DNA of 63,545 nucleotides, filler included, from Squatina squatina (lineage: Eukaryota), in the NCBI GenBank assembly GCA_031763465.1. It is 3 parts of 3 records of this genome, joined end to end, with 100 filler letters (N's around TTAATTAATTAA, not from the genome) between each part and the next. Parts side by side here need not be neighbours in the genome. Positions count along the whole stretch, not along the records: positions 1 to 27,780 come from JARFOE010000234.1; positions 27,881 to 51,540 come from JARFOE010000016.1; 1 more part is not named here. The stretch is one strand, 5' to 3'. This document shows positions 24,521 through 36,125 of the stretch, in pieces (position 1 is the first letter of the stretch; the number at the start of each line of letters is the position of its first letter). A model generated the notes under the pieces. It had not been told where the DNA came from, made no database searches, and saw only the letters and a program-made list of their open reading frames with translations. A program made the position numbers and the translations under genes.

Positions 24521-24769
24521 TATACACAGGATAACCCTGGAGTAAACAGCGGTTTTGGCACACAAGAGTGAAGCCAGATGTGGTGCCGCCAGATCTAGTC
24601 ATGGATGGCTAAATGCTAAATGTTTGTGCCCCTCGGATTTGAAGGAGCAAAGATCTGGACCATACCACAGGGAATGACTGGGATGGAAGAATGTAAATAT
24701 TTTTCTGGGGACAAGATCATCAAAGGTGAAATTCAGAAAGTGGTTGAGCAGATCAACGCCTGCAGAACT

Positions 24770-25270
24770 AACGTGACAAATGGAATAAGGGATCAGCCAT
24801 TTAGGACTGAGAGATTATCGTGTCCAGTTCTGGTCACCACACTTTAGGAAGGATGGGAAGGTCCTTGAAAAGGTGCAGAGGAGATGTGCAAGAATGGTTC
24901 CAGAGATGAGGGATTTTAGCTCCAAGGATTAGGTTGGAGAAGATGGGGTTGTTCTCCTTGGAGCACAGGAGGTTGAGAGGAGATTTGATTGAGGTGTACA
25001 AGGTAGACAAAGAAAAGCTGTTCCCATTAGCTGACGGTGCAAGGATTAGGGGGCACATATTTAAGGATTTGGGCAAGAGATACGGGGGGGATGTGAGGAA
25101 AAACTTTCTTTACGCAGCAAGTGGTGATGACCTGGAGCTCGCTGCCTATGAGGGTGGTGGAAGCGGAGACGATCAATGACTTCAAAAGAAAATTGCATAG
25201 GCACTTGAGGGAAATTTGTTCACCAGATTGATTCCCGGGATCGCAGGACTGACGTATGAAGAAAGAATGG
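24770..25270 (+). mobile_element. CR1 LINE ORF2 C-terminal fragments
   Basis: VQFWSPHFRKD...VQRR, then LEKMGLFSLEHRRLRGDLIEVYK...RIRGH; a second piece FTRLIPGIAGLTYEER at 25216. Confidence 0.85.
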
Positions 25271-25371
25271 ANNNNNNNNNNNNNNNNNNNNNNNNNNNNN
25301 NNNNNNNNNNNNNNNNNNNNNNNNNNNNNNNNNNNNNNNNNNNNNNNNNNNNNNNNNNNNNNNNNNNNNNN

Positions 25372-25570
25372 GGTGGGGGGAAAAGTGTCTGCACTGGGGA
25401 GGGGAATGTGTCTGCACTCTGGGAAAGAAAGGTTCTGCACTGTGGGAGAGAATGTGTCTGCACTTGAGTCAGAGGCTGCACTGTGGGAGAGTGTCTGCAC
25501 TGGGGTAGATTGTCTGTACTCTGGAGAGAATGTCTGCATGGGGGGGGAGAAAGTGTATCTCTCCTGGAGG
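25372..25570. repeat. Degenerate short tandem repeat with a gtgtctgcact core
   Basis: Core recurs roughly every 20-25 bp. Confidence 0.7.
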
Positions 25571-26074
25571 GATAGTCAGTTTATAACGTGTGTAGTGTAA
25601 ACGGTCTCTGCTGAAATATAAACAATCCACAAAGTCAATCGCCAAGTACTTTAAGTAATTCTAATTTCCCATACCAGAATAAAACCTTGTGCTTTCCAGT
25701 ACTCTAATCATTAGTACATGATCCTTTTGAACACAAACACCATCACCCTTGTTGAAACTGAAATCCCTTTTCTTCTCCTGACTGCTCTATATATTTTTTA
25801 AGATACCAATTGCAGACACTTGAAACCCAGTTGAGTTGAGTAAATCATTTTATAGGAAAATGTCGACACCAAAAGGTACACTGATTTTTAGAAGTCATCG
25901 GAGAACATTAAGCGGAACTTAGTGTCTTTTTTAAAATGATCTGACCATTAAATACTATGGGTGGGAAGCAGCTTGGTGATATTATTCAAGTCAATTTATT
26001 TTTCCCTCCATCTCCCTCAAACACTCACTGATTTGAGATTAAATATGGAAAGATCATAGATCTACATGGTATTA

Positions 26075-26355
26075 CATAGTGCAACATAGTACTTACAGCA
26101 CAGCAAGTCTATGCCAGTGTTTGTGCTCAACACGAGCCTCCTGCGACCCTTTTTCATCTAATCCCATCAACATACCCTTCTATTCCTTTTTCCTCTATGT
26201 GTTTATCTAGCTTCCCCTTGAATGCATCTACACTATTCACCTCAACTACTCCTTCTGGTAATGACTTCCACAATCTAACCACTCTCTGGGTAAAGAAGTT
26301 TCTCCTGAACTCCCTATTGGATTTACTGTGGTTAACTTATATTTATGGCCCCTAA
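26075..26355 (-). mobile_element. CR1 LINE 3' end, inside a KDM4C intron
   Basis: Reverse complement of the typical CR1 end: ...ttctttacccagagagtggttaga...gcattcaaggggaagctagataaacac. Confidence 0.75.
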
Positions 26356-26484
26356 ATCTAACTTGAGACTTAGAGCTAAAATTCTACAGTCAAACCTGGA
26401 AAAATTATTTTGAACATGTGGAAACTGTTCAGATTCACCACTTTGCTTCTTTTATCTAGCCTTTCAGATGAAATAACACTTTAC

Positions 26485-26666
26485 CTGGTAATACGGAAAG
26501 AAAAGTGAGCAAATGGCACAATATGGATCCATTTTCGAGGCTTCTTCATTATACTCCTTCTCTGCTTGGAAATTGTGCAGTTTATTCTGCCACAGTTGCA
26601 CAAGAGGTTTGGCCCAAGGCCGAGTTTCATTGACCTCCTCTTCATTGGATATGGAATCCGCCAACT
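26485..26666 (-). CDS. KDM4C: KDM4C internal coding exon (182 nt), region just before the PHD finger
   Basis: Translates (E)[60 protein letters not shown], matching the KDM4 motif 'WAKPL..LWQ....NF.AE.EYN.......P.CAIC'. Acceptor ttttttttgtag, donor CAG|gtaaag, ends in phase 0. Confidence 0.95.
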
Positions 26667-27780
26667 CTACAAAAAAAATTATTCTACACTTAATCCTTTC
26701 TTTCCACAAGAATCAATTCAGTTGCAACATTAACATTCCCCACCCACCCCTCCCTCGCTTAACAGCAGTGCATTATAGCACAATGCACCTGCTGGACAGT
26801 GAAGCATCAGTCTGGAGAAAAGTTATAACAATACTATATACTATTATACTGTTCCTATATAGTACTGCTGTAAATTCTCACTATAGTGGAAGAAATACCC
26901 TTCTCTTTAATAGTATACTCACTTTCAAATTAATCCCACAGTGGTCATTTTGGTTTATAAAGTGAGGCTTGGACTCCAGAGTGACAGTTACTTAACAACT
27001 CAGACTACACTAATTGTGGGGTAGAATGGTAAAAACAGAAGAACAGCAAGCGTGCAATTATGCTGCCACTTTCTCATCAATGTAAAGCAATTTTGGGTTC
27101 CGGTCAACACAAGTAGCAGCATAATACAGGAAACTACCAAGATGTACGCTCACAAGATGCAAGTTTTTGAGGACCAATCATCTTTTTCTGTACAAGAAGC
27201 ATTAGCCCTAACAAATTAGATTCAGCCAAGATACATTTACTGTGTTACTATTATTGTCATTTTATATACTGATGTTTCATTTTAACTGATCCACTCTGTG
27301 TAAATGCAAAAAATGCTTAACAGAGAAATATATTGCAATTAAGGCAGCACTATCACACCTGATTTACGATAAAATTTAAATACTTAGCTAAACCCCCATG
27401 GCACTTTTCACATGCAAAAACATTACATAATTTTACAATATTAAAAAGAATCTTTTACCCCTAATTATTTGTATTTTATTTGCTTTCTCAATCAAATTTA
27501 TTTCTCTAATATTGGCTTCGTACTCGGTGCAACTATCCATTCTTCCTATTGCTTCATGTTTACTTGTGCACAGATTCCTGTTTGTTCTTAACAACCTGTG
27601 TATGTATCCCTTAAAAGCATAAATTGTTTAAATACGTTTTCTGCAAAATTAGTCAATAAATAAAGGTGCAAGCATGTGTGCAGCAGGAGGAAGAGAAGTC
27701 AGCTGGAGTTAATGCCAAAACTAGAGCAGGAATGACACTGAGGCAGAGATAGCCAGAGTTCAGCAACGGAGAGTAGAACA

Positions 27781-27880
27781 NNNNNNNNNNNNNNNNNNNN
27801 NNNNNNNNNNNNNNNNNNNNNNNNTTAATTAATTAANNNNNNNNNNNNNNNNNNNNNNNNNNNNNNNNNNNNNNNNNNNN
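27781..27880. other. Artificial contig linker N44-TTAATTAATTAA-N44
   Basis: Palindromic 12-mer with stops in all six frames at 27825-27836, centred in exactly 100 positions. Confidence 0.92.
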
Positions 27881-30800
27881 AAGTGGGCATCCTAATTAAT
27901 TCCTGTCAAAATAGACTGTGCAAAACCTCCTTTCCTGGAATCACGTGGACAGAATCTTGCTACAGAACATGGGCAACATTTACTGTCTAAAGGAAAAGCC
28001 TTCCCCATTTTTAGCCAGTTTCTATTTTCTTTCCCCATTATGAACCCCCTCAGTATGTACTCTCTATCAGCACTGAAGGTGGATATGCTCCCAATCCTCT
28101 ATCACTGTTATTCTTAATCGCTCCACTAGGAGGCACACAAGGGCAAATAAGATCCCCTCTGATTCTACGGGTTATAAATTTGTCTTGGGTGGTAAGACAA
28201 AGGGGGTCACAGCAAATCGCCNNNNNNNNNNAATGAAAAAAAGTTGGGCGAAGTATAAAACAAGCTGCTGATTCGCTATCATCTGTTTTGTGCTGCCGAA
28301 TTTATACCCCTACCTCACTGTGAGAAATTGCCTTTCCGTAGCTCTGCAGTCCTGCTTCACACCACAGCCAAGATCAGAAACTTGCTGCTTGTGTAGCACT
28401 ACCTTAATTGCCATTTTAAGAAACAATGGCACAACATTTGCCTAATAAATGAATGCATGGTCATTAAGTAAAGGAAAAATAGGAATGTCTAAATGAGACG
28501 TATGACAGCCAGATAGCAGGTATTAATTTCAGGTATGTAGACTCTCAGTCATATTTTACATTTTACTGGAAATTTAAGCAGTAGTTTAACCTCACCACAG
28601 GGTCCTGTTGAAAAGGAGATAATTGAGCTAAATCAGGAAGCTCTGCAGTTATTGTCACTATACCATATGCAATTGATGGTGGATGTGCTGAGAGCTATAT
28701 AATTGATTGCACTGCAGAAATAAGTTTAATAAATAAAAAATAAATACTACGGAGCTAATCTGAAACATTAGGGCCGTAATGAATGAGAAGGTGTGCAAAA
28801 GTTGTGAGTTTTAGCACACCGGTGTTATGAGGCAAACCTGAGTGTTCTAACAGATAGCAGACTGCAAAATCACACAGTAAATGCACAACCTTCTCATCCA
28901 TCATTGCAATCAAAATGCATATTGAGCTTTGTTCAAAAGCACGGCAGGTGTGAAGGATGACTGTTTATAAAGGGTTTTACTGCAGCCCTCCACCAATCAG
29001 AGCCCCCCTTTGTGAATAGCTCACATTTAATCATAGTTACAACAGTTTGTCAAACCACAGATTTGCTTCCATTTTTTCCCTATTGTTAGACTTGTTCCCT
29101 GAAGTTGTCTGTATGTTCAATCAGAAGGAAAGGTGTGTAAGATGAATACACATAGAAGGCACGAAGCATCTTCTGACTGCTGCAATTGTGTTTCCTTTTT
29201 GCAATAGCCAATGATAATTTAAAAAAAATACTCCAATATCTTAATGAGACCAGGAAATGACTGCACTAATAGAAGGAAATGAAGAGGATTACTTTAATTA
29301 AATAGGGCATCTTCCTGCTCAGTTGGCGAGTGTTGCTTCATTATCTCTGGCCTTTCCATGCTGCACCTTCTCTTAATCGACTCACCTGCTCCTCTCCTTG
29401 TAATTGTTTCGGCACACCTTTTGTTCCTCACATCAGGTAGAAAGTAATGGGCGACAGGGAGAAGGTGAAGTCCTTACAAGTATTTGTAATTCACCCAACC
29501 CCTGCCATGCACCCCATAGTCCAGTCAATACTGTACCATCTCCCTGTCACACGTACCCTTTTTTCCACCTGTGCAGTTCCCCCATTATCATTCCACAGCA
29601 CCACCAGCTGCATGAACTGCTGCTGTCAACTCCAGCTCTATCACTTTTACTCCTCCCTCTTCTTGTCCTCCAGCCTTGCCTCCAAATATGACCACGACAC
29701 CCTCACCCTATCCCGCTCCTGTCAATTCCTCCATTACCCTCATGCCCCATTAGTCAGCCCAATTCTTACATCTCTTGGCTCCTCCAACCTCCAAACAACT
29801 CCCCTAGCTGTCACTCAGCTTCTGCCTCCACCTCTGCTGCACTCTTCCCTGAACCTCCACTGTCACCACCTTGCCTGCCTGACCTGGCTCTCTTTTCTCT
29901 CCATCTTCATTCTGTGCCACCTCATTACAAACATTTTTTTTTAAATTGAAAGTCTTGCACCCCAGCATAGAGCAGTGTAATTTCTACAGTGTATGTAGTT
30001 AAAAGAGAAAAGTATAGGTCACCATTAGGATACCAGCAGATCTCTGACATGGTCAGGAGAATGGCCTGGGGTCAGAAGCCTGAAATAGCAGGCAGAAGTC
30101 TCTTCCTGGTTGGCAAAGATTAGAACCGAGAGGTGAAGTGGGCAGGTTTTCCAGGGCCTGAAATAGCAGTGGCAGAAGTATGACCAGAAGCAAAAGAAGA
30201 CAAAACAGGCACTAGGCTCAGGACAGGGAGGGGTATAGGGCAGCAGCAAAAGTCAAGGCCAAAGGTCCAGGGAGGGAGGGAAAGTTTAAAATTTAGAAAA
30301 TAAACTTCCAAAACAAAAATACTTTGCTAAAACTTACCTGCAGATTCAAAGATGGATATGACAAAGGTGCAGTGGCCCCACCTAGGATCAGGAAGTACAA
30401 ACCTGGCAGATGGAGTTTGGCTGCCCAGAGCTTTACCCATCTCCTTTTTGAAGGAGCTCACTGTAACAACTGATTTTGCTAGATGCCTGTTCCACAAATC
30501 CACACAAAGGTGAGGATGTTTCCTACAAACTACATNNNNNNNNNNNNNNNNNNNNNNNNNNNNNNNNNNNNNNNNNNNNNNNNNNNNNNNNNNNNNNNNN
30601 NNNNNNNNNNNNNNNNNNNNNNNNNNNNNNNNNNNACAAATTAGATAATTAGGATGTCCTACAACAAGACTTGCTTAACATGCCAATTAATGGGAACAAG
30701 GCAGGAAATTACTTTAACAGATATTTGTAGTATTAGTACTGTTAACGCCACAGCCCATGCTGTGATTCTGAGCCCATGCTCAGAAGATACTGTCCCCTTT

Positions 30801-31645
30801 CCATACCATTAAATGGCCAAAGCATGCGTTAAGTGCCCTATTGATGAGAAATGGCAGAACATCAATCTTGCTCTAAAGTTCTCATTTTCAATTTTACAAA
30901 CATGTCTTTGACGTGAGCATTTCCCAAAGCTGTAAATGTTGAAACCTGTCAAACGTCTGAAGATTTTCGTTACCAGAAAACATCATTTGCATTGAGCGAG
31001 CTCTGCCGAATAACAGCCAGGAATAGTCTGTTCTGAAAATGTGAATCGAATGCCTCAGTGTTTGCTGCTTGAATATGTCCAAGTTGCAACAGATGCAGTA
31101 ATTGCAGCAGCACAAACATCTGCAGTGCAGTCTGTGGATTTTTATTGAAGTATTTACTCCAACTACATAATGGCACGCGTGATTGGTGACTCGACAAAAG
31201 CATCATAACGTTGTAGACGCCTCTGCACCAAGTCTGGTAGATAGCATACCATGCAATTCATTTTGCCACAAGACTGGTACCTACACACAAAGCAAACAAA
31301 TCATTCCCAACAGTTCTCTCTTCCAAGCCCTCACCCGCTTTTCTAGCCAATTTTCTTCACCAGTTTTTTTTCCCTTGAAGGCTTGGCTCCTTGCCCACGG
31401 TACAGTTTCATGGGCACCGGTTACCTTCTGGCTCCTCATAAAAATGGTCATTCATGTGTGAACCTTGACTGTAAATGTCGGCAATTACTCAACTGTAGGG
31501 GGCATCACAGATCAGTCCAATCTTGTCGTCACTTGACATTCATGGNNNNNNNNNNNNNNNNNNNNNNNNNNNNNNNNNNNNNNNNNNNNNNNNNNNNNNN
31601 NNNNNNNNNNNNNNNNNNNNNNNNNNNNNNNNNNNNNNNNNNNNN

Positions 31646-32232
31646 GGAATCCTCTTCCACCACCCTTTCAGGCAGAACGTTACAGATCCCAACAACTCTT
31701 TGAGTGAAAACATTTCTCCTTATCTCCTCTAGCTCTTTTGCCAATGACCTCTGGTTATTGAACCGCTCACCAAAGGGAATAGTTTTTTTCTATCTATTGT
31801 ATTAAAACCTTGCATCATCTTGAAAACCTCTATTTGGTCACCTCTTAACCTTCTCTGTTCCAAGGAGAACAGTCCTAACTTTTCCAACCGCCCCATATAA
31901 CTGAAGCCCCTCATCCCTGGTGATCATCTTGCCTGAAGTGCGGTGCCTGAATTGTCCACAATACTCCAGCTTAGGCCTAACCAGTGATTTATAAAGTTCC
32001 AGCATGATTTTGTTTCTTGTAAATTATATTCCTCGATATAAACCCAAGTAACCCATATGTTTTTTTAATCACCTTGTCAACTAGCCCTGACACCTTTTAA
32101 GAATTTGTGTATATGGACAACAAGGTCTCTCTCTGCTCACCAACACTTTTCAAAATCGTGTAATTTACAGTATACTGTCTTTCCATATTAGTCCTCCCAA
32201 AGTGCATCACTTCACACTTTTCCGCATTGAAT
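31646..32232 (-). mobile_element. CR1 LINE ORF2 3' portion
   Basis: FNAEKCEVMHFG (~32230), RGFSYMGRLEKLGLFSLEQRRLRGDQIEVFKMMQG...TRGH, RRNVFTQRVVGICNVLPERVVE. Confidence 0.88.
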
Positions 32233-33225
32233 ATTCTTTACCCTGTCACCAGGGAGGCAACACACCATTTGGGAATCACGTTTGCTGTTACAGAAATGCC
32301 TGTGTATGCCCGTAACTATTGAATCCCCTATGACTACTGCAGTCCTACTCTTTCCTTTCGTGCGCAGTCAAATCTCCCGTGTTTGATTCCTAACGCATGG
32401 CTCCAAGGAGTCGCCACCCTCCCCGGTATTCAAAACTGAAAACCAGTTAGAGAGTGCCACTGGCTTGGGGGATTCCTGCGCTACCTGTGTCTTCCTCCTG
32501 CCCTGTCTGGTGTCACCCATTCCCTCAACTCCTGCACCTTCTGTAGCACTGGGATGACCACCTCCTGGAACATACGTTTGAGGAAACTCTCAGACTTCCA
32601 GATGCACTGCAGTGACTCCTGCCACTCCCCAAACTCCAAAACTCAGAGCGTGAGCTCGAGGTACTGGCAGCAGTTCCTGCACGCATGGTTATCCAGGACG
32701 CATGAAGTACCCTGGAGTTCCACGTAGAACAGGCTGTGCATGCAACAGGCCCTGCTGGTCAGTCATGGTAGTTAATCCACTGACCTCTAAATCACTGACA
32801 CCTTGACACTGAACTCCATAAATCTAAGACACTGATATACTGATCTATAAAACTCTTAAGAAACTGATCTCTGAAAGGCTGAGATACTAAAATAGTAAAA
32901 AGTTAACTAAAGGCACTGGAAATTTAAATCTATAAATCTAAAACACAATGGAAATTAACATCAAGTGAATTTGAACAGTGAAAAAACAATTTAATAAAGC
33001 AAACTAACCACTGCTACCCACCAATCCACTCACTCCACAGCAGTGACGTCATTTTTGAATTTCTTTTTCAGTTTTCTGCATTCAGCTCGCACTCTTACTT
33101 TGTCGCTCGCACTGTTTCCCCTCACGGTCACTCTCTCCGCTCTCTCTGACTCTCTGCCGCAGATTCTCCTGCTTTTATCTGTTGTGCTCTCGCACTGTTT
33201 CCCCTCGGGCTTTCTCCGCTATACA
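32233..33225 (-). mobile_element. CR1 LINE 5' region with the N-terminal half of ORF1 (zinc finger/leucine zipper and esterase)
   Basis: Minus strand gives GPVACTACS (~32750) and AVVIGDSIVTGIHRHFCNSKRDSQMVCCLPGDRV (~32340-32240), the CR1 ORF1 esterase GDS motif. A purine-rich 5' UTR-like region lies at ~33050-33225. Confidence 0.75.
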
Positions 33226-34759
33226 AGAGCCAAGGTTGAGCGATGCCATTCAGCCCATCCCTTCTGCATGTATGTCAAAAAACATCCAGGAAGTATTGCC
33301 TGTTCTCCATTAAAACTCATTAGTTAATGAAACTAACAGCACTCGATTTGCACTGCAATAATGCCACATTGTATAAAAGTTATTTTATGAGTCCGTGCAA
33401 CTAGCAGGGAGCCTCGTTCCCCAGAAGCACGTATCATAGTTTCAGGCTTACACTGCCCACAATTTTCCAATAAGTTGCATAACTGTGTGTGAGGCCTCAC
33501 AGCATTCATCACTGAACAATCAGGAATGAAATTCCTAAATCACCTCCCTCCAGCCTTACCATCAGGAAGGAGAACCCATAATATTCCTCCCACATACTAC
33601 ACTGAGCTATCAGGTAAATAAAAATTATAAACGAGCACCCTTTTCCTGCCGTGGTTCCACTCGGAGGCGAGACTTATTTACCTGACACGATTTGTCAAGT
33701 TGCGCTATGTAATCATACACACTGTCCTATATATGCAGGCCAGCATTTGTTTAAATAGACAGCCAAACCAAAATAATTTCAATTGGGAAAAATTGGCATT
33801 TTAACCTGAAATAGCATGCTCATTGTTCATATATATCAGCCTTGCATGTCAATAGCACAGAGTTGATGCTCTGTTAATTTGATATTTTTATAAAAAGCAC
33901 TTTCATGAACAGCATATGTGAACATGAATATTGGTTAATATTCTCATGCTTCCTGTCTACATGTCTATTAGGTTAATATTCACAAATATTGCATTGCTGC
34001 ACCTTCATTTGGAAAGTTATTATTCACACAAGCATCTTTACACTACTGGTTAAATAGTTAATATTCACACACACTGCATCTCTATACATGATTTAAATAT
34101 AATGAATAATATTCACACATTACATCTGCATACGTACTGCTACACCTCAATTTGGTTTCTCGTCATGAATTTTTGCATGCGAGACCTTCTTTTTGAACCA
34201 GAATATAAATATTCAGCAAAATCTCAGCAGTCAAATACCATTTCCACAATAGATGGTTTTGCAACTATTTCACAACTGTAAAACTTGCAGAATAATATTA
34301 GGAAACATCATTTTACAAGACTATAAAGGCTCCCTGAATGAAGGGGTTTTCTCAAATGAAGAGGACCAGGAACCCTTCCTCAAGCAGTCAGGTTGAAAAC
34401 TAACTGAGCGTATTCAATAAGGTATGTAAATTGAAGTCTCATTTCCCCACCTGGATTGAGACCTGTAACTCTATAGATGTAACATCAATATGTTATGGCG
34501 TCACTCCCTTTCATACTTCTTTCCAGCTTTTATTCAGTACAAATTATGTTGCTGATCTTCTGGTATATAGAGGGTTAAAGTCAAGAAGTTTTTCAAGGTC
34601 AGTGACAAATTAATGTATTGATTGCATATTAAAGTGTCATGTGATTAATATACCTTTAGNNNNNNNNNNNNNNNNNNNNNNNNNNNNNNNNNNNNNNNNN
34701 NNNNNNNNNNNNNNNNNNNNNNNNNNNNNNNNNNNNNNNNNNNNNNNNNNNNNNNNNNN

Positions 34760-35184
34760 GTCTCACAACAGTCACACTTTTCCACTGTTGCCTGTACAGT
34801 GACACGGAGTCTCACAACAGTCACTCTTTTCTACTAATGCCTGTAAAGTGACACGGAGTCTCACAACAGTCACTCTTTCCACTGTTGCCTGTACAGTGAC
34901 ACGGAGTCTCACAACAGTCACACTTTTCCACTGTTGCCTGTACAGTGACACGGAGTCTCACAACAGTCACTCTTTTCTACTATTGCCTGTACAGTAACAC
35001 GGAGTCTCACAACAGTCACTCTATTCCACTATTGCGTGTACAGTGACACGGAGTCTCACAACAGTCACTCTTTTCTACTATTGCCTGTACAGTGACACGG
35101 AGTCTCACAACAGTCACTCTTTTCCACTATTGCGTGTACAGTGACACGGAGTCTCACAACAGTCACTCTTTCCACTATTGCGTG
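34760..35184. repeat. 49-bp minisatellite, ~8.7 visible copies, starting at a gap
   Basis: Unit gtctcacaacagtcacWcttttcYactRttgcctgtacagtgacacgga, starting at 34760, 34809, 34858, 34906, 34955, 35004, 35053, 35102 and 35151. Confidence 0.95.
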
Positions 35185-35419
35185 TTGTAATCAATCAGTG
35201 CTCGTCCTTGAAATTATTTTATCATTCCAAAAAGTCTTTACTGGATTTTTGAAGACAACTATTGCATAAATCCCAGACTGACAAACCAGACCTGACCTGA
35301 TAGGGAAATAGAGCTATTTCTGCTGTTTGGAGTGCAAAACTGATGAGTGTCGCTTTTCCTTGCATCTGAATTTGTTCTAAAAATTGTTAACACTGCCAGC
35401 AGACAAGAAAAGGCATTTA

Positions 35420-36125
35420 GGGTAAATTTTAACTATCGGGAGCCCGATCCCTCCAGTGGGAAACCAGGTCTATTTTGAAGGCCTGGCCCCATTAACAGAC
35501 CGCCAGCAGGCTGTACGTCCTGAACAGGCACCCCATTGCAGCTCCCTGGCTCCAGGCTAGTTCAATCTCTGGCATTGACCAGTAGGAAGATAGCTCTGGG
35601 AGTGGGGGAGGGGAACAGCAGCCCACATTCTTGTGCAGCTTGAATGGACATACCTTCACATCCTGGTCCCACAAAAATAATTGCAACACTTACCTTTCTG
35701 GGCCTCTTCCTCTTGCTCGCCAGGTTTTACTAAGTAGAGCATCATAGATGCTTCGCCCAGAGGCCATTAAAACTGCATTAGGGGACCATGTACATCACTC
35801 CCTCAATTAATAACCTGAGCTTGATAGATTTTTGCTAGCCATGGGTATTCAGGGATAAGTGGCCAAGGCGGGTGGATGCAATTAAGATACAGATCAGAAG
35901 CTATCCCGTTGAATGGCGGAATGGGCTTGACGGGCTGAATGGCTTACTCCTGTTCCGATCTTCCTATCATAGGACCCAGATTTACATGGATTAATGAATC
36001 AGGCGGGCCACCCTGCGGAAGGCCCTGGGATAAATTAAAGGGGAACAGGGCGGTAAATCGACCAGCTCGATTTTAACCTCGCGACTGTCTCGTTTCTGCT
36101 GGACAGAGGGAATTAAAATCCCACC
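35420..36125. mobile_element. Degenerate MITE interrupted by a CR1 3' tail (~35815-35965)
   Basis: Imperfect termini gggtaaattttaac and ttaaaatcccacc. The internal ttgaatggcggaatgggcttgacgggctgaatggcttactcctgttcc is a CR1 3' UTR. Confidence 0.5.

Noticed and set aside
27825-27836. Biological palindrome or homeodomain site TTAATTAATTAA
   Set aside because: Centred in Ns with an identical layout at 51585, so it is an assembly linker.
30894-31206. Cys-rich short ORFs as a possible PHD or JmjC exon
   Set aside because: No recognisable domain spacing or convincing splice sites.
34760-35184. CRISPR-like array or V(D)J RSS cluster
   Set aside because: No variable spacers; tacagtg lacks the invariant CAC heptamer start and has no nonamer.
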